Source: an uncultured archaeon
Lineage (GTDB): Archaea > Asgardarchaeota > Lokiarchaeia > Sigyniarchaeales > SOKP01
Direction: 5' to 3'
NCBI GenBank assembly: GCA_964583985.1
Contig: CAZOYD010000023.1
Coordinates: 18,887 to 42,886 of the forward strand
Length of the DNA: 24,000 nucleotides
Shown: one piece after another, positions 9,323 to 18,475 of the stretch
Layout of the letters: each line of letters opens with the position of its first letter
Position numbering within the stretch: the stretch's first letter is position 1
The notes under the pieces: model-generated
Told to the model about the DNA's origin: nothing
The model's input: the letters and a program-made list of their open reading frames with translations, nothing else
Database searches by the model: none
Position numbers and translations under genes: made by a program

Positions 9323-9589
9323 ATGAAAACTAATGAGGAATTAAAGATTAAAAGAAGATTAAGAAATAGCAATCAACCCAATACCCAAGAAATTCGATAT
9401 TGCTGTTTGGAAGGAGAGAATTTATTTTATGATAATATAGAATTAGAACATTTCACTAATGACATTAATTCGTCTCTTGTGAATATTGAGGAAAATTAGA
9501 ATTTTCTTTTTTAAAATTCAAATTCACGATAACTTCTGATTGAATTCTTGTCTAGAAAGTTAAGCCCGATGTTCCAATATCTTAAATAG
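9323..9589 (+). CDS. Small hypothetical ORF, same frame as the preceding ORF
   Basis: Manual translation: MKTNEELKIKRRLRNSNQPNTQEIRYCCLEGENLFYDNIELEHFTNDINSSLVNIEEKLEFSFLKFKFTITSDEFLSRKLSPMFQYLK*. Not in the ORF track. Confidence 0.3.
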
Positions 9590-9776
9590 CTCTAATAATC
9601 TTTCCGTATAATAGATAACTTATCATAAAGAGTAATTATTGATACTTGCCATTATGAATTACCTTGATTTAAATCCATTTAAAATTAAAATATTTAAATA
9701 GGATAATTCAATATATTATTATGAATGATTATTCAAATAATTATTCAATTATCCAAAATTTGAAAAGGAGATAAAT

Positions 9777-9968
9777 TTGAAAAGTTATCAAGAAATAATT
9801 AAAGGAGATACTTTTAATGAATCTGATGAGTATTTTGTAGAAACACACTTATCTAAAATGTGTTGGGGCTGTGAGACTAAACATAATTCAGGACACATGG
9901 TTTGGGATGCCTCTAAAATGCGTAGAATATTCTTTTGTGAAGATTGCTTTAAAAAAATGAAAAAATAA
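9777..9968 (+). CDS. Small zinc-ribbon-like protein
   Basis: 63 aa with CWGC...FFCEDC cysteine pairs; AAAGGAG ribosome-binding site upstream of a TTG start. Confidence 0.65.
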   Translation: MKSYQEIIKGDTFNESDEYFVETHLSKMCWGCETKHNSGHMVWDASKMRRIFFCEDCFKKMKK

Positions 9969-10017
9969 TGCACTAACACTAAAATTAAACAAAAAATAAG
10001 AATTGGGGTTACTTTTA

Positions 10018-10388
10018 CGTTAGTAAATGAAAGTCATGAAGATTATCTGAAAGCGATCTATCTAATTTCAAGACATAAAAAGGGAGGGTGGGTGTCAAAT
10101 TCGGAGATTTCCGATTATTTAGGAATTAAACCCGCTTCCGTGTCTGGGATGCTACATAAATTAAAGGATAATGGTTTCATTATGTGGAAACCAAGAAGTT
10201 CTATAAGGTTAACTCAAAATGGAAAGAATGCTGCTACTCAGGTAATCAAAAATTATATAAAATTAAAAAAATTTTTCATAAGTATCCTTAAATTAGATGA
10301 TAAAGATCTAATCGATGCATTATGCTGTGGTATTGAGCATCACATTACACCTGAAGTGAGAAATTCCCTAGATAATTTATTAAACTAG
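10018..10388 (+). pseudogene. DtxR/MntR-family metal-dependent regulator, apparently frameshifted with no clear start
   Basis: Frame 1 reads TLVNESHEDYLKAIYLISRHK (DtxR N-terminus). The rest, SNSEISDYLGIKPASVSGMLHKLKDNGFIMWKPRSSIRLTQNGK (winged HTH), is in another frame (track ORF 10092..10388). The frame changes near CATAAAAGGGAGGG. Confidence 0.55.
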
Positions 10389-10498
10389 CTATTTATTTTG
10401 GAAATTTTATATATACTAGCTACTTAGAAAAACAAGCTTAAAAATGTTAAACATCTTTAACAATTAATTAAATTGTTTATTACAAATTAAAAAAGATA

Positions 10499-10795
10499 GT
10501 GAATGATATAAAAGAAGTGTCAGTTCTAATTTTAATTAAAGACGATCCCGAAAATGTTTGTGCAAAGTGTTGCAAAACGACACAAGTTATTGATAGAATG
10601 ATGGAAGAAATAGCAGAATTTAAGGACAAAGTAAAGATTATATATATAGATACCAAATCAAAAGAAGATATTGATAAATTTAAAAATCTCGAAAGACCTG
10701 CAGTTATCATAAATGATAAGGTGTTTTCTGAGGGACACATACCTATTATTAAAAAACTGAGCAGAGAATTATTCAAAATATTAAATTCAACTTAA
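10499..10795 (+). CDS. Thioredoxin-like protein with CAKC motif
   Basis: 98-aa ORF: VLILIKDDPENVCAKCCKTTQVI...KVKIIYIDT...LERPAVIINDKVFSEGHIP (CxxC plus cis-Pro-like 'RPAV'). Confidence 0.65.
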   Translation: MNDIKEVSVLILIKDDPENVCAKCCKTTQVIDRMMEEIAEFKDKVKIIYIDTKSKEDIDKFKNLERPAVIINDKVFSEGHIPIIKKLSRELFKILNST

Positions 10796-10855
10796 CAGTT
10801 TTACAAGTGAAAAAAAGTGGGATATTTATTTAGTTTTTAATGTTTTTTAAATGAA

Positions 10856-11767
10856 TTATTTACTTTTTTCGTCAAAATCAGTTAAATGTTTGAATCGTCC
10901 ACCTAAAATATTTACCATATCTGAGGGAACAATAATCCATGCGCCTTTTTCTTTCATTGATTCATATAAAATATTCATTGCACGTAAATTTAATGCAACT
11001 TCATCACTTTCGTAAATTTTAGCCGCATTTATGAATTTATTGGCAATTTGTTCTTCAGAACCGGCTAAAATTATCCGGGCTTGGCGTTCTCTTTCCGCTT
11101 GTGCTTGTCTGCTCATTGCATCCTGTAATGCTGTAGGAATAATAACATCTCTAAGCTCAACAGCAATTGATTTTACACCCCATTCTTCCGTGCGTTCATC
11201 AATTATTCTTTCAAGTTCATGGGATATTTCTTCTCGCCCCACAAGCATTTGACTTAATTCTGTTTTTCCAATTATGTCCCGTAAAGAAGTTTGAGCTGCC
11301 CATGAAATCGCTGTCTGATAGTCTTGTACGTGGATAGATGCTTTAAACGCATCATTTACTTGCCAAAATAATACGGCATCTACATTAACGGGTACGTTAT
11401 CTTTCGTTAAGGTCTGTTCGGCTGAAAAAGTAGTCGTTATAATTCTAATATCTAACGTGAAAGGTATTTTATATACAAATGGGAATAGCCAAAACATCCC
11501 TGGACCACGCATTTTTTTATATTTTCCCAATAATAATGTTGGAACCCGTATCCATTCGGGTAGGATATAAATTCCTGCCATTAAAAAGCCTAAGACTATT
11601 AAAATAATGACTACTGTCAAAATTAAAATATTTATCGCAACTTGGAAAAATATATTTGCGATTACCATTCCAATTAAAACAATTAATCCAACAATAAAAA
11701 GAAAGTAGCCCACTCCACGTATTGAGTTTCCTCCTACTGAATATCGATTAAATTTATCTGACATCAT
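10856..11767 (-). CDS. SPFH/Band 7 (stomatin/slipin-like) membrane protein
   Basis: N-terminal hydrophobic hairpin, then PGMFWLFPFVYKIPFTLDIRI...TKDNVPVNVDAVLFWQVND...LRDIIGKTELSQMLVGREEI...WGVKSIAVELRDVIIP..QDAMSRQAQAERERQARIILAG. Confidence 0.93.
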   Translation of the reverse strand: MMSDKFNRYSVGGNSIRGVGYFLFIVGLIVLIGMVIANIFFQVAINILILTVVIILIVLGFLMAGIYILPEWIRVPTLLLGKYKKMRGPGMFWLFPFVYKIPFTLDIRIITTTFSAEQTLTKDNVPVNVDAVLFWQVNDAFKASIHVQDYQTAISWAAQTSLRDIIGKTELSQMLVGREEISHELERIIDERTEEWGVKSIAVELRDVIIPTALQDAMSRQAQAERERQARIILAGSEEQIANKFINAAKIYESDEVALNLRAMNILYESMKEKGAWIIVPSDMVNILGGRFKHLTDFDEKSK

Positions 11768-11806
11768 AATTGTTTAAATGATTATCATCATTGTATAAAA
11801 ATGTTT

Positions 11807-12907
11807 TTATAATAATTTTAAACATTTTGCTAAACATCTATTAACACAGGCATTACAATTTATGCATTTTTCGAGATTTTTTAAATCAACCTTATTATCT
11901 TTATCATTAAATACATACAAATTCCTAGGGCATACTTCTATACACACCTTACATCCAATGCATTTTTCTCTCTCAATATTTATTTGTCCGTATGGTTGTA
12001 ATGTATATTCACCAAACAGGAATTTCATTTTCTTTCCACCTTTCTTCCATGTCTTTTCACCTAATTCACTTTTATAGATGGGTGTTAAGCCATTAAAATC
12101 TTCTGCCATAATCGTAGTAATTAACAGAGAAAATGAAATATTCCATAGCAGATAGAAAAGATCAAAAATAATAAACAAATTAAATATAGTAATTAGTCCA
12201 AGAATTATCCCTTCATAAATCCATACTTTTATTTTTCCTGTTCCTATGGGAATGCTTGGTAATAGTATCATTGACCCATAAATTATTATAACAAAAATCA
12301 AAAGTGTATCTAAATAGAGTAATAGATTCAAAATTGGTAAAAAAATTGCAGTAATCCAATAGATAACTGAAATAAAAAGAATTAAGATAAAGAAATATAA
12401 TGAAGCCATTTCTGCTCTGTGAGAGATAGGAAATCTTACTATTCTCTGTGCTTCTGACTTACTAAATTTTTGTTTTATAAAAGAAGGGATATCTTTAGCA
12501 TATACGGGACCGAACTTTATATCCCACTTTGTCTTTTTTTTAATAACGATTGGATCTATTCCGGGAGCGCTTAATTGGGGTATAATTAAAGTTCTATGAG
12601 AAACAAGATCATCGATTCCGCTGGTTTTTATAATTGATAGGACAGAATCCGTATTAAAATCATCTCCGCACGCTCCACACCATACATTGATTCCTTTAGA
12701 TGGAGCAACCAATAAATAACAGTCGAGATTCTTTATTGCTTTTAAAACTCGTTTTACTGTTAAATTAAAATTGCATGTTAGTAATACAGGACTTTCATTT
12801 GTAGGGTTTCCAATTTTAATGAGGGTTGGTTCAACAGGAAAACCCGTCCATCTTAGAAAAAATCCGAGGAATAATTTTATTGACTCTTTTATACTCATTT
12901 TTCTCAT
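11807..12907 (-). CDS. Fused HgcA-HgcB-like corrinoid membrane/ferredoxin protein
   Basis: 366 aa. N-terminal corrinoid-protein-like domain with cap-helix motif GINVWCGACGDDF and HRTLIIPQLSAPGID...FGPVYAKDIPSF; central hydrophobic helices; C-terminal 2x[4Fe-4S] ferredoxin CIGCKVCIEVCP...CINCNACVNRC. Confidence 0.8.
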   Translation of the reverse strand: MRKMSIKESIKLFLGFFLRWTGFPVEPTLIKIGNPTNESPVLLTCNFNLTVKRVLKAIKNLDCYLLVAPSKGINVWCGACGDDFNTDSVLSIIKTSGIDDLVSHRTLIIPQLSAPGIDPIVIKKKTKWDIKFGPVYAKDIPSFIKQKFSKSEAQRIVRFPISHRAEMASLYFFILILFISVIYWITAIFLPILNLLLYLDTLLIFVIIIYGSMILLPSIPIGTGKIKVWIYEGIILGLITIFNLFIIFDLFYLLWNISFSLLITTIMAEDFNGLTPIYKSELGEKTWKKGGKKMKFLFGEYTLQPYGQINIEREKCIGCKVCIEVCPRNLYVFNDKDNKVDLKNLEKCINCNACVNRCLAKCLKLL

Positions 12908-12931
12908 ATTTAATAGTAATTATTATAACCT

Positions 12932-13594
12932 TTAGGATTGTTTTTTTTTCAACCTAAATAACTTTAAAGTATCTAATAAATAATATTTTTCTTCAATCAA
13001 AGAAAAATTATTACTTTCAAGTCGTATTTCTATATTTCTCAATGATTTAGTGGTCAATTGGGACTTAAAATATGTGATAATTATCAAGGGAGTTCTTATG
13101 AAGAAATAAACAATTTTTTTCCAAATTTTTTTAGGTTTCACCTCATCAACCAAAATAAATTCTCCATTATCTTTTAATATTCTATTGATTTGCTTTAAAC
13201 AAAAATCCTGCTCTTCCCCATAAAATTCACTAAAAGATAAAATGGCGATAATTTTATCAAATGACTTATCCGAAAATTTTTCATCTAATTCTATAACTGG
13301 CATTTTAATAACTTGAATACTCTTAGTTAATCCTTCTAATTCAATTTTTTTTTTAGCAACTTCAAGCATTTTTTCCGAATTATCAATACCGGTAACTATT
13401 ACTCCTTTTTTACCACATAGAATAGCGAAGGTTCCTGTACCCATACCGATATCTAAAATTGTTTCCTTTTTATTTATTAAGTTATCAACAATATACTTGT
13501 TGATTTTAAGTAAGCGTCCTAATGTCAAATTCTTCATTCCCTTGTCGTATCTTTCTGCCTTCTTTTCCAATGCTTTCATATAAACATAAGACAT
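12932..13594 (-). CDS. Class I SAM-dependent methyltransferase
   Basis: 220 aa; ILDIGMGTGTFAILCGKKGVIVTGIDNSEKMLEVAKKK (SAM motif I) and ILSFSEFYGE; 24 nt upstream of the HgcAB-like gene, same strand. Confidence 0.88.
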   Translation of the reverse strand: MSYVYMKALEKKAERYDKGMKNLTLGRLLKINKYIVDNLINKKETILDIGMGTGTFAILCGKKGVIVTGIDNSEKMLEVAKKKIELEGLTKSIQVIKMPVIELDEKFSDKSFDKIIAILSFSEFYGEEQDFCLKQINRILKDNGEFILVDEVKPKKIWKKIVYFFIRTPLIIITYFKSQLTTKSLRNIEIRLESNNFSLIEEKYYLLDTLKLFRLKKKQS

Positions 13595-13703
13595 TTAAGA
13601 ATCAACTTTTTTATATAAATTACTTCTTTTTCTATATTATCTAAAATACTAATTTATTTATTTGCAGAATACTCTTAGGAAAATTAATAGTTCAATCTCA
13701 TCT

Positions 13704-14009
13704 TTAATTTTTTTTGATTTCATTCTCTTTTTCTTTTTTTAATTCCTTTAACTTCTGCTTCAACGCTTTTTTTTTATTCTTGGTTAAAATCGAAATCTCT
13801 TTATTAAATATTTTTAAAATATATTTTAATTCAGAGATTCTCCCGTTTAAATCTCTTTTTTCCTTCTTAATAGAACCCATATCTCGATAATCTTGTTCAT
13901 ATTTAGAATAGATTTCATTGAGAACTGTATCGAATTCGATTGAAATTTTTTTTTGAATTTCAGCTTCCTTTTCCTTATATTTTTCTTCGATTTCATTCAA
14001 ATTTGTCAT
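13704..14009 (-). CDS. Small coiled-coil hypothetical protein
   Basis: 101-aa Lys/Glu-rich heptad-like sequence. Confidence 0.5.
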   Translation of the reverse strand: MTNLNEIEEKYKEKEAEIQKKISIEFDTVLNEIYSKYEQDYRDMGSIKKEKRDLNGRISELKYILKIFNKEISILTKNKKKALKQKLKELKKEKENEIKKN

Positions 14010-14176
14010 AATTATTATCTTTAGCCTAACTAATAAAAGTTTATTGAAATATTAGTAATATTAAATAACCATTCGATCTTGTTCTGTAACTGAAAAATAT
14101 AAGGATCATTCAATAAGAAAACAGAAAAGTCAAAAAAATCATATTAACCGAATATCTATTCGGTTAAATAAATAAT

Positions 14177-15835
14177 CTACAACCACTTTATTACGTAAAG
14201 TGGCCACTTTTTTAAAACACCTTTAGGGTATTTCCCACTTCTGACCTTATCTAGCATTTCTGACCGAATTTTCAAGAAATCCACTGGATCTTCTTCAATC
14301 AATTGAATTCCTATCCCACCATCTAAAATACACTTTCTAAAATTATCATTCTTGACACAATTCAACAAAATTTCTTTAAAATTCTTTCGATTGATACATT
14401 CTGCTCCATAATTTGAATTCAATATTATCTTCCAGCTTTCATCTATACCCTTTTTGGGAGATACTAATAAAAGCAGATCAATATTTGATTTACTTTCAAT
14501 CCCTAAGCATTTTATTAACATGCGAGGATCTAAAATTTCAAAGGTATTAAAATTAAAGTAGTCACCGGCATAAACCGTATATCCTTTTTTTAAATGTAAA
14601 TTTTCAGAGATTTTTATTGGATATTTTAATTGAAATTCTGAACGCAAAATTTTACCGTTAATTTGAGGGAGAGCTTGTTGATTTACTAATTGGATAACAT
14701 CCCCAATATCTAAATTGATAAATACTTTAGTATCATCAAATCGAGATATTAGAAGCTTTCCAAATTTACTGTTACTATCGGAAATTAATTGTTTTTTTCC
14801 TTTATATTCTAGTACTGGTAAAGTTAAAGGAAATACGGTAAGAATATCTTTTTGTGAAATACCCTTAAGATCCTTATTTATTGTTGCTGCAAATGGTCCT
14901 GTCTCAGATGATACATATAAATTAGTAAATTTTTCTTCTCCTTTTTCCCATTTCATAAATTGACGGATTAAATCCCAATCTCTTGAAGATAATGAACTTA
15001 TACTAAAAATGAGAACTGCTTTTGATAATTTATTAGAAAGCAACTCCTGTATTTCTTTTGCGGCAGTTGTAACACCCTTTTTTTTAACTTTTAAGAGAAG
15101 TTTTTCTAACATCGGGTCAGGTTCAGGATCAACATCATTGAGGGATTTTTGTAACCCTATTTGGAATTTTTCTATATCTGCCCAACCAAGGATTGTAATT
15201 GCTGGAGCGGAAATTACAGAGATATCATTTAATGATAATATTTTTGCGATGATGTTGAGATTTTTTGAAAATTTATATTCGAAAAGAGTATAATTCGAAG
15301 GTTTCATTATTGCTAACATTAATCTCTGGGAGAATTCGGAAGAATATAGTGAGATAAAATTGGTATTTTCTGTATTATTTAATCCATCGATATCAAGCCT
15401 TGAAGGGATAAAAATTATTGCCGAGGATTTAGAATCCAATCCGCTCGATTCAAAAATTGCTTGCATTCCTGGTGCCCAATATAGTTTTACATTCTTTTTT
15501 GACATATGTAGCCATTTTAGCGAATTTATATCATTATTTGTAGTGCCTGAACTATGACATACAATTAAGGGTTCGGAACCATGAAAATTTGCGAGATAAT
15601 CATTAAGATCGATAGAAATTTTTTTAGAATCAGTTTTTTCTCTTTCTATTCTTTCAAAAATATCGGTTACTATAGCTAATCCTGAATTTTTTAAAATATA
15701 ATCAATATAATCTTCTTTTGATGAGATATCTAACCATTTTTTCCAATTGGTAGGTTGAATTTCAGAAAATATTTTATTAAAAAGCAATTGAACCTTGGGA
15801 TCAAAATCGTTTGATATCAATCTATTATCTTTCAC
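14177..15835 (-). CDS. ANL-superfamily-like adenylating protein (LuxE/PaaK-like)
   Basis: 552 aa with CHSSGTTNNDIN (P-loop-like ANL motif), LYVSSETGPFAAT and NLDIGDVIQL in the expected order. Confidence 0.6.
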   Translation of the reverse strand: MKDNRLISNDFDPKVQLLFNKIFSEIQPTNWKKWLDISSKEDYIDYILKNSGLAIVTDIFERIEREKTDSKKISIDLNDYLANFHGSEPLIVCHSSGTTNNDINSLKWLHMSKKNVKLYWAPGMQAIFESSGLDSKSSAIIFIPSRLDIDGLNNTENTNFISLYSSEFSQRLMLAIMKPSNYTLFEYKFSKNLNIIAKILSLNDISVISAPAITILGWADIEKFQIGLQKSLNDVDPEPDPMLEKLLLKVKKKGVTTAAKEIQELLSNKLSKAVLIFSISSLSSRDWDLIRQFMKWEKGEEKFTNLYVSSETGPFAATINKDLKGISQKDILTVFPLTLPVLEYKGKKQLISDSNSKFGKLLISRFDDTKVFINLDIGDVIQLVNQQALPQINGKILRSEFQLKYPIKISENLHLKKGYTVYAGDYFNFNTFEILDPRMLIKCLGIESKSNIDLLLLVSPKKGIDESWKIILNSNYGAECINRKNFKEILLNCVKNDNFRKCILDGGIGIQLIEEDPVDFLKIRSEMLDKVRSGKYPKGVLKKWPLYVIKWL

Positions 15836-15897
15836 TATAATTTTTCTTATTGATAATAAACTTAAGACAAATTATAATCTTTACGTGCAATATTCAT

Positions 15898-17247
15898 TTA
15901 ACTTGCGAATTCCTCAATGATATCATAAATTTCTTCGATTAAGGAATTCATTTTTATCGTTTTTTGCTTTTCATTTTTCATATTCTTTATCGTAACTTCC
16001 TCTTGCTCCATCTCTTTAGATCCAATGATCAATGAAATCAATACCCCTAATTCATTGGCTTTACTTAATTGGTTTCCTAGATTATTAAATCTATAATCTA
16101 TAATGCAAGGAAAATCCTCATCACGAATTAATCTTGCCAGTTTAAGAGCATATTTTGAAACTTTATTATTAATTGAAGCAATGTAGATAGTATCAGAATA
16201 GTCTTTATTTCGGATTTCTTCTGGTATTAGATTATACGTTTTTAAGAATAAAGAAAGCATTAATGTTCCCATCCCAAATCCTGTTCCAGTAATTTTTTCA
16301 TCTGAGAATAGGTTAAGTAAATCATCATATCTCCCACCCCCAAAAATACTTCTCCTATTTTCTGTACCCATGTCAAATACTTCATATACTATCCCAGTAT
16401 AATAATCTAATCCTCGTACTACTTTGGGAGAAAAACTACAATATTTAGAGATGTTAGCATCATCCAAGAGCTTTATAAATTCATCGAGTTCTTTGTAACC
16501 TGCAGTATTGAAAAATGAATCTGGAATGGTATCAAAATTTGATAGTAGCTCTTTTAAACTTTTAGCATCTTTAATCTTTTTGATCCCTTGTATAATAGAT
16601 TCATCTTGGAAGGATTCGATGATAAATTTTTCAAATTCATCTGCTTCGATCTTATCAGATTTGTCTAGGATTTTATATATCACGGGTAGTTTGTCTTTAG
16701 GTACCTTTAAAACGATTTCACAAAGAGCATCTATAAATCTTCGATTGTTATAACAAATTTGAAATTGGTTCGGTTTGGCTCCAAATTGCTTGAAAATGTC
16801 AATAATTATGTTAAAGATTTCTAAATCAGCAAATAAACTCTCTTCTCCCAATATGTCGAAATTTATTTGCTTAAATTGTCTTTTACGTCCACGTTGAGGT
16901 CTTTCATACCTAAAACACGTCGGAATGGAAAACCATCTTATTGGTTTTTTAAGTTCTTGACTTTTTTTTGCAATCATTCGTGCTAAACTAGGAGTTAATT
17001 CCGGAATTAAGATGAGTCTTTCGCCTTCTTTTTTCTCAACAAAAAATGACTGTTCATTAACCAGTTCTTCAGATGATTTCGCGGCAAAAATTTCAATAGG
17101 TTCTAATTGCGGACTTTCGAATTCTTCGAAAGAGTACCGTTCAGCCACATCACGAATATTTTCAATAATCCAGTTAAGTTCTCTTAAATCATCCGGATAA
17201 TATTCTTCCATTCCTCGTAAAGGTTCTGTAGAAAATTTTTTAGACAT
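15898..17247 (-). CDS. hisS: Histidyl-tRNA synthetase
   Basis: 449 aa: LRGMEEYYPDD, ESPQLEPIEIF, RLILIPELTPSLARMI, WFSIPTCFRYERPQRGRKRQFKQINFDILG, VVRGLDYYTGIVYEV, GGGRYDDL, GTGFGMGTLML. Confidence 0.97.
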   Translation of the reverse strand: MSKKFSTEPLRGMEEYYPDDLRELNWIIENIRDVAERYSFEEFESPQLEPIEIFAAKSSEELVNEQSFFVEKKEGERLILIPELTPSLARMIAKKSQELKKPIRWFSIPTCFRYERPQRGRKRQFKQINFDILGEESLFADLEIFNIIIDIFKQFGAKPNQFQICYNNRRFIDALCEIVLKVPKDKLPVIYKILDKSDKIEADEFEKFIIESFQDESIIQGIKKIKDAKSLKELLSNFDTIPDSFFNTAGYKELDEFIKLLDDANISKYCSFSPKVVRGLDYYTGIVYEVFDMGTENRRSIFGGGRYDDLLNLFSDEKITGTGFGMGTLMLSLFLKTYNLIPEEIRNKDYSDTIYIASINNKVSKYALKLARLIRDEDFPCIIDYRFNNLGNQLSKANELGVLISLIIGSKEMEQEEVTIKNMKNEKQKTIKMNSLIEEIYDIIEEFAS

Positions 17248-17381
17248 GGTTTACAACTTGAGATCGTGAATAAGAATGTAAATAAGTGGTTTCAAATAAT
17301 TTTTTCGATTCTCACTAATTTAAATTCGATTTTATATTTTTAGTTATAATCGAATTAGATTTTTACACAGAGTGAATAGAA

Positions 17382-18461
17382 ATGGATGAGGAGTGGAAAT
17401 CAGACATATCAACCCCCGCACTTGTTTTAAATTATGATTTGATGTTAAAAAATATTAAAACAATGGCAAATTTTGTAAAAGATTCTGGTGTGAACTTGAG
17501 ACCTCATCTTAAAACTGCCAAGATGCCCATAATTGCTCATATGATATTAAAGGAAGGAGGGGCACATGGAATTGCTGTTGCGAAAGTAGGAGAAGCTGAA
17601 ATTTTTGCTCAATCTGGTATAGATGATATTTTAATAGCAAATCAGGTCATTGATTCCGAGCAAATTAAACGATTAGTTATGTTAAACAAATATGTGTTAG
17701 TACGATGTGCTGTTGATTCTAAAAAGAATATTATAGATTTGGGAAAATATGCAACTCATGCAAATATTGAACTCGAAGTGTTGCTTGAAATAAACTTAGG
17801 ACTGGGCAGAGCGGGTGTAGAGCCCGGTGAATCAGCTTTAGAATTAGCTAAATTTATACGAGATACTCCAGGAGTCAAATTAGTTGGATTACAAGGTTAT
17901 GAGGGTCACTTAACTCCAATGATGAATGTCGTACAAAGAGAAGCCATGACAAGGGAATGCATGGATTTGTTAATTGAGACAAAGAAATTGCTTAATGAAA
18001 ACGGTTTTGATATTAATTATATTTCAACATCGGGGTCTGCTACTTATATGCATGCGGCTATGTGTAATGGGATTACGGAAATTCAACCAGGAACTTATGT
18101 ATTTTCCGATGAACATCTATTTCGCGCCAATCCCATATTTGATATCGCAGTAACAGTATTGAGTACTGTTCAAAACCAAACTGGAAGAAGAGAATTCACG
18201 ATTGATGCCGGAACAAAATCAATTGCAACAGGAGACGGGAAACCAATTATCAAAAACTTTCCCAAAATTAAAATTCGAGTAATGAATGAAGAACACACTC
18301 AATTAAAAAGTATCGGTGCTGACTTAGAGATAGGGCAGAAAATTGAATTAATTCCCGCACATATTTGTCCGACAATCAATTTACATGATTACATACATGT
18401 AATAAAAAATAATGAATATTGTGGAAAGTGGGCTATTCTCGCTCGAGGTAAAAATTACTAA
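17382..18461 (+). CDS. PLP-dependent fold-type III enzyme, D-threonine aldolase/D-serine dehydratase-like
   Basis: 359 aa: STPALVLNYDLMLKNI...LRPHLKTAKMPIIAHMILKEGGAHGIAVAKVGEAEIFAQSGIDDILIANQV...GLQGYEGH...DLHD-like C-terminal metal-site region 'HICPTINLHDY'. Confidence 0.88.
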   Translation: MDEEWKSDISTPALVLNYDLMLKNIKTMANFVKDSGVNLRPHLKTAKMPIIAHMILKEGGAHGIAVAKVGEAEIFAQSGIDDILIANQVIDSEQIKRLVMLNKYVLVRCAVDSKKNIIDLGKYATHANIELEVLLEINLGLGRAGVEPGESALELAKFIRDTPGVKLVGLQGYEGHLTPMMNVVQREAMTRECMDLLIETKKLLNENGFDINYISTSGSATYMHAAMCNGITEIQPGTYVFSDEHLFRANPIFDIAVTVLSTVQNQTGRREFTIDAGTKSIATGDGKPIIKNFPKIKIRVMNEEHTQLKSIGADLEIGQKIELIPAHICPTINLHDYIHVIKNNEYCGKWAILARGKNY

Positions 18462-18475
18462 AAAATAAGATATAG

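Noticed and set aside
10072-10090. Programmed -1 frameshifting in the DtxR-like gene
   Set aside because: The in-frame context (CAT AAA AGG) is not a classical X XXY YYZ slippery heptamer, and a start codon is also missing, so an indel or decay is more likely.
10480-10776. 98-aa minus-strand ORF opposite the thioredoxin-like gene
   Set aside because: The plus strand gives a CxxC thioredoxin-like protein; the minus product is a low-complexity Ser/Ile-rich shadow ORF.
14715-15557. Plus-strand ORFs 14715..14963, 15009..15293, 15360..15557
   Set aside because: Antisense within the 552-aa ANL-like gene. The same reasoning applies to 6691..6912, 7390..7590, 9788..9979, 11031..11252, 11862..12077, 16508..16753, 17012..17200 and 21687..21974.
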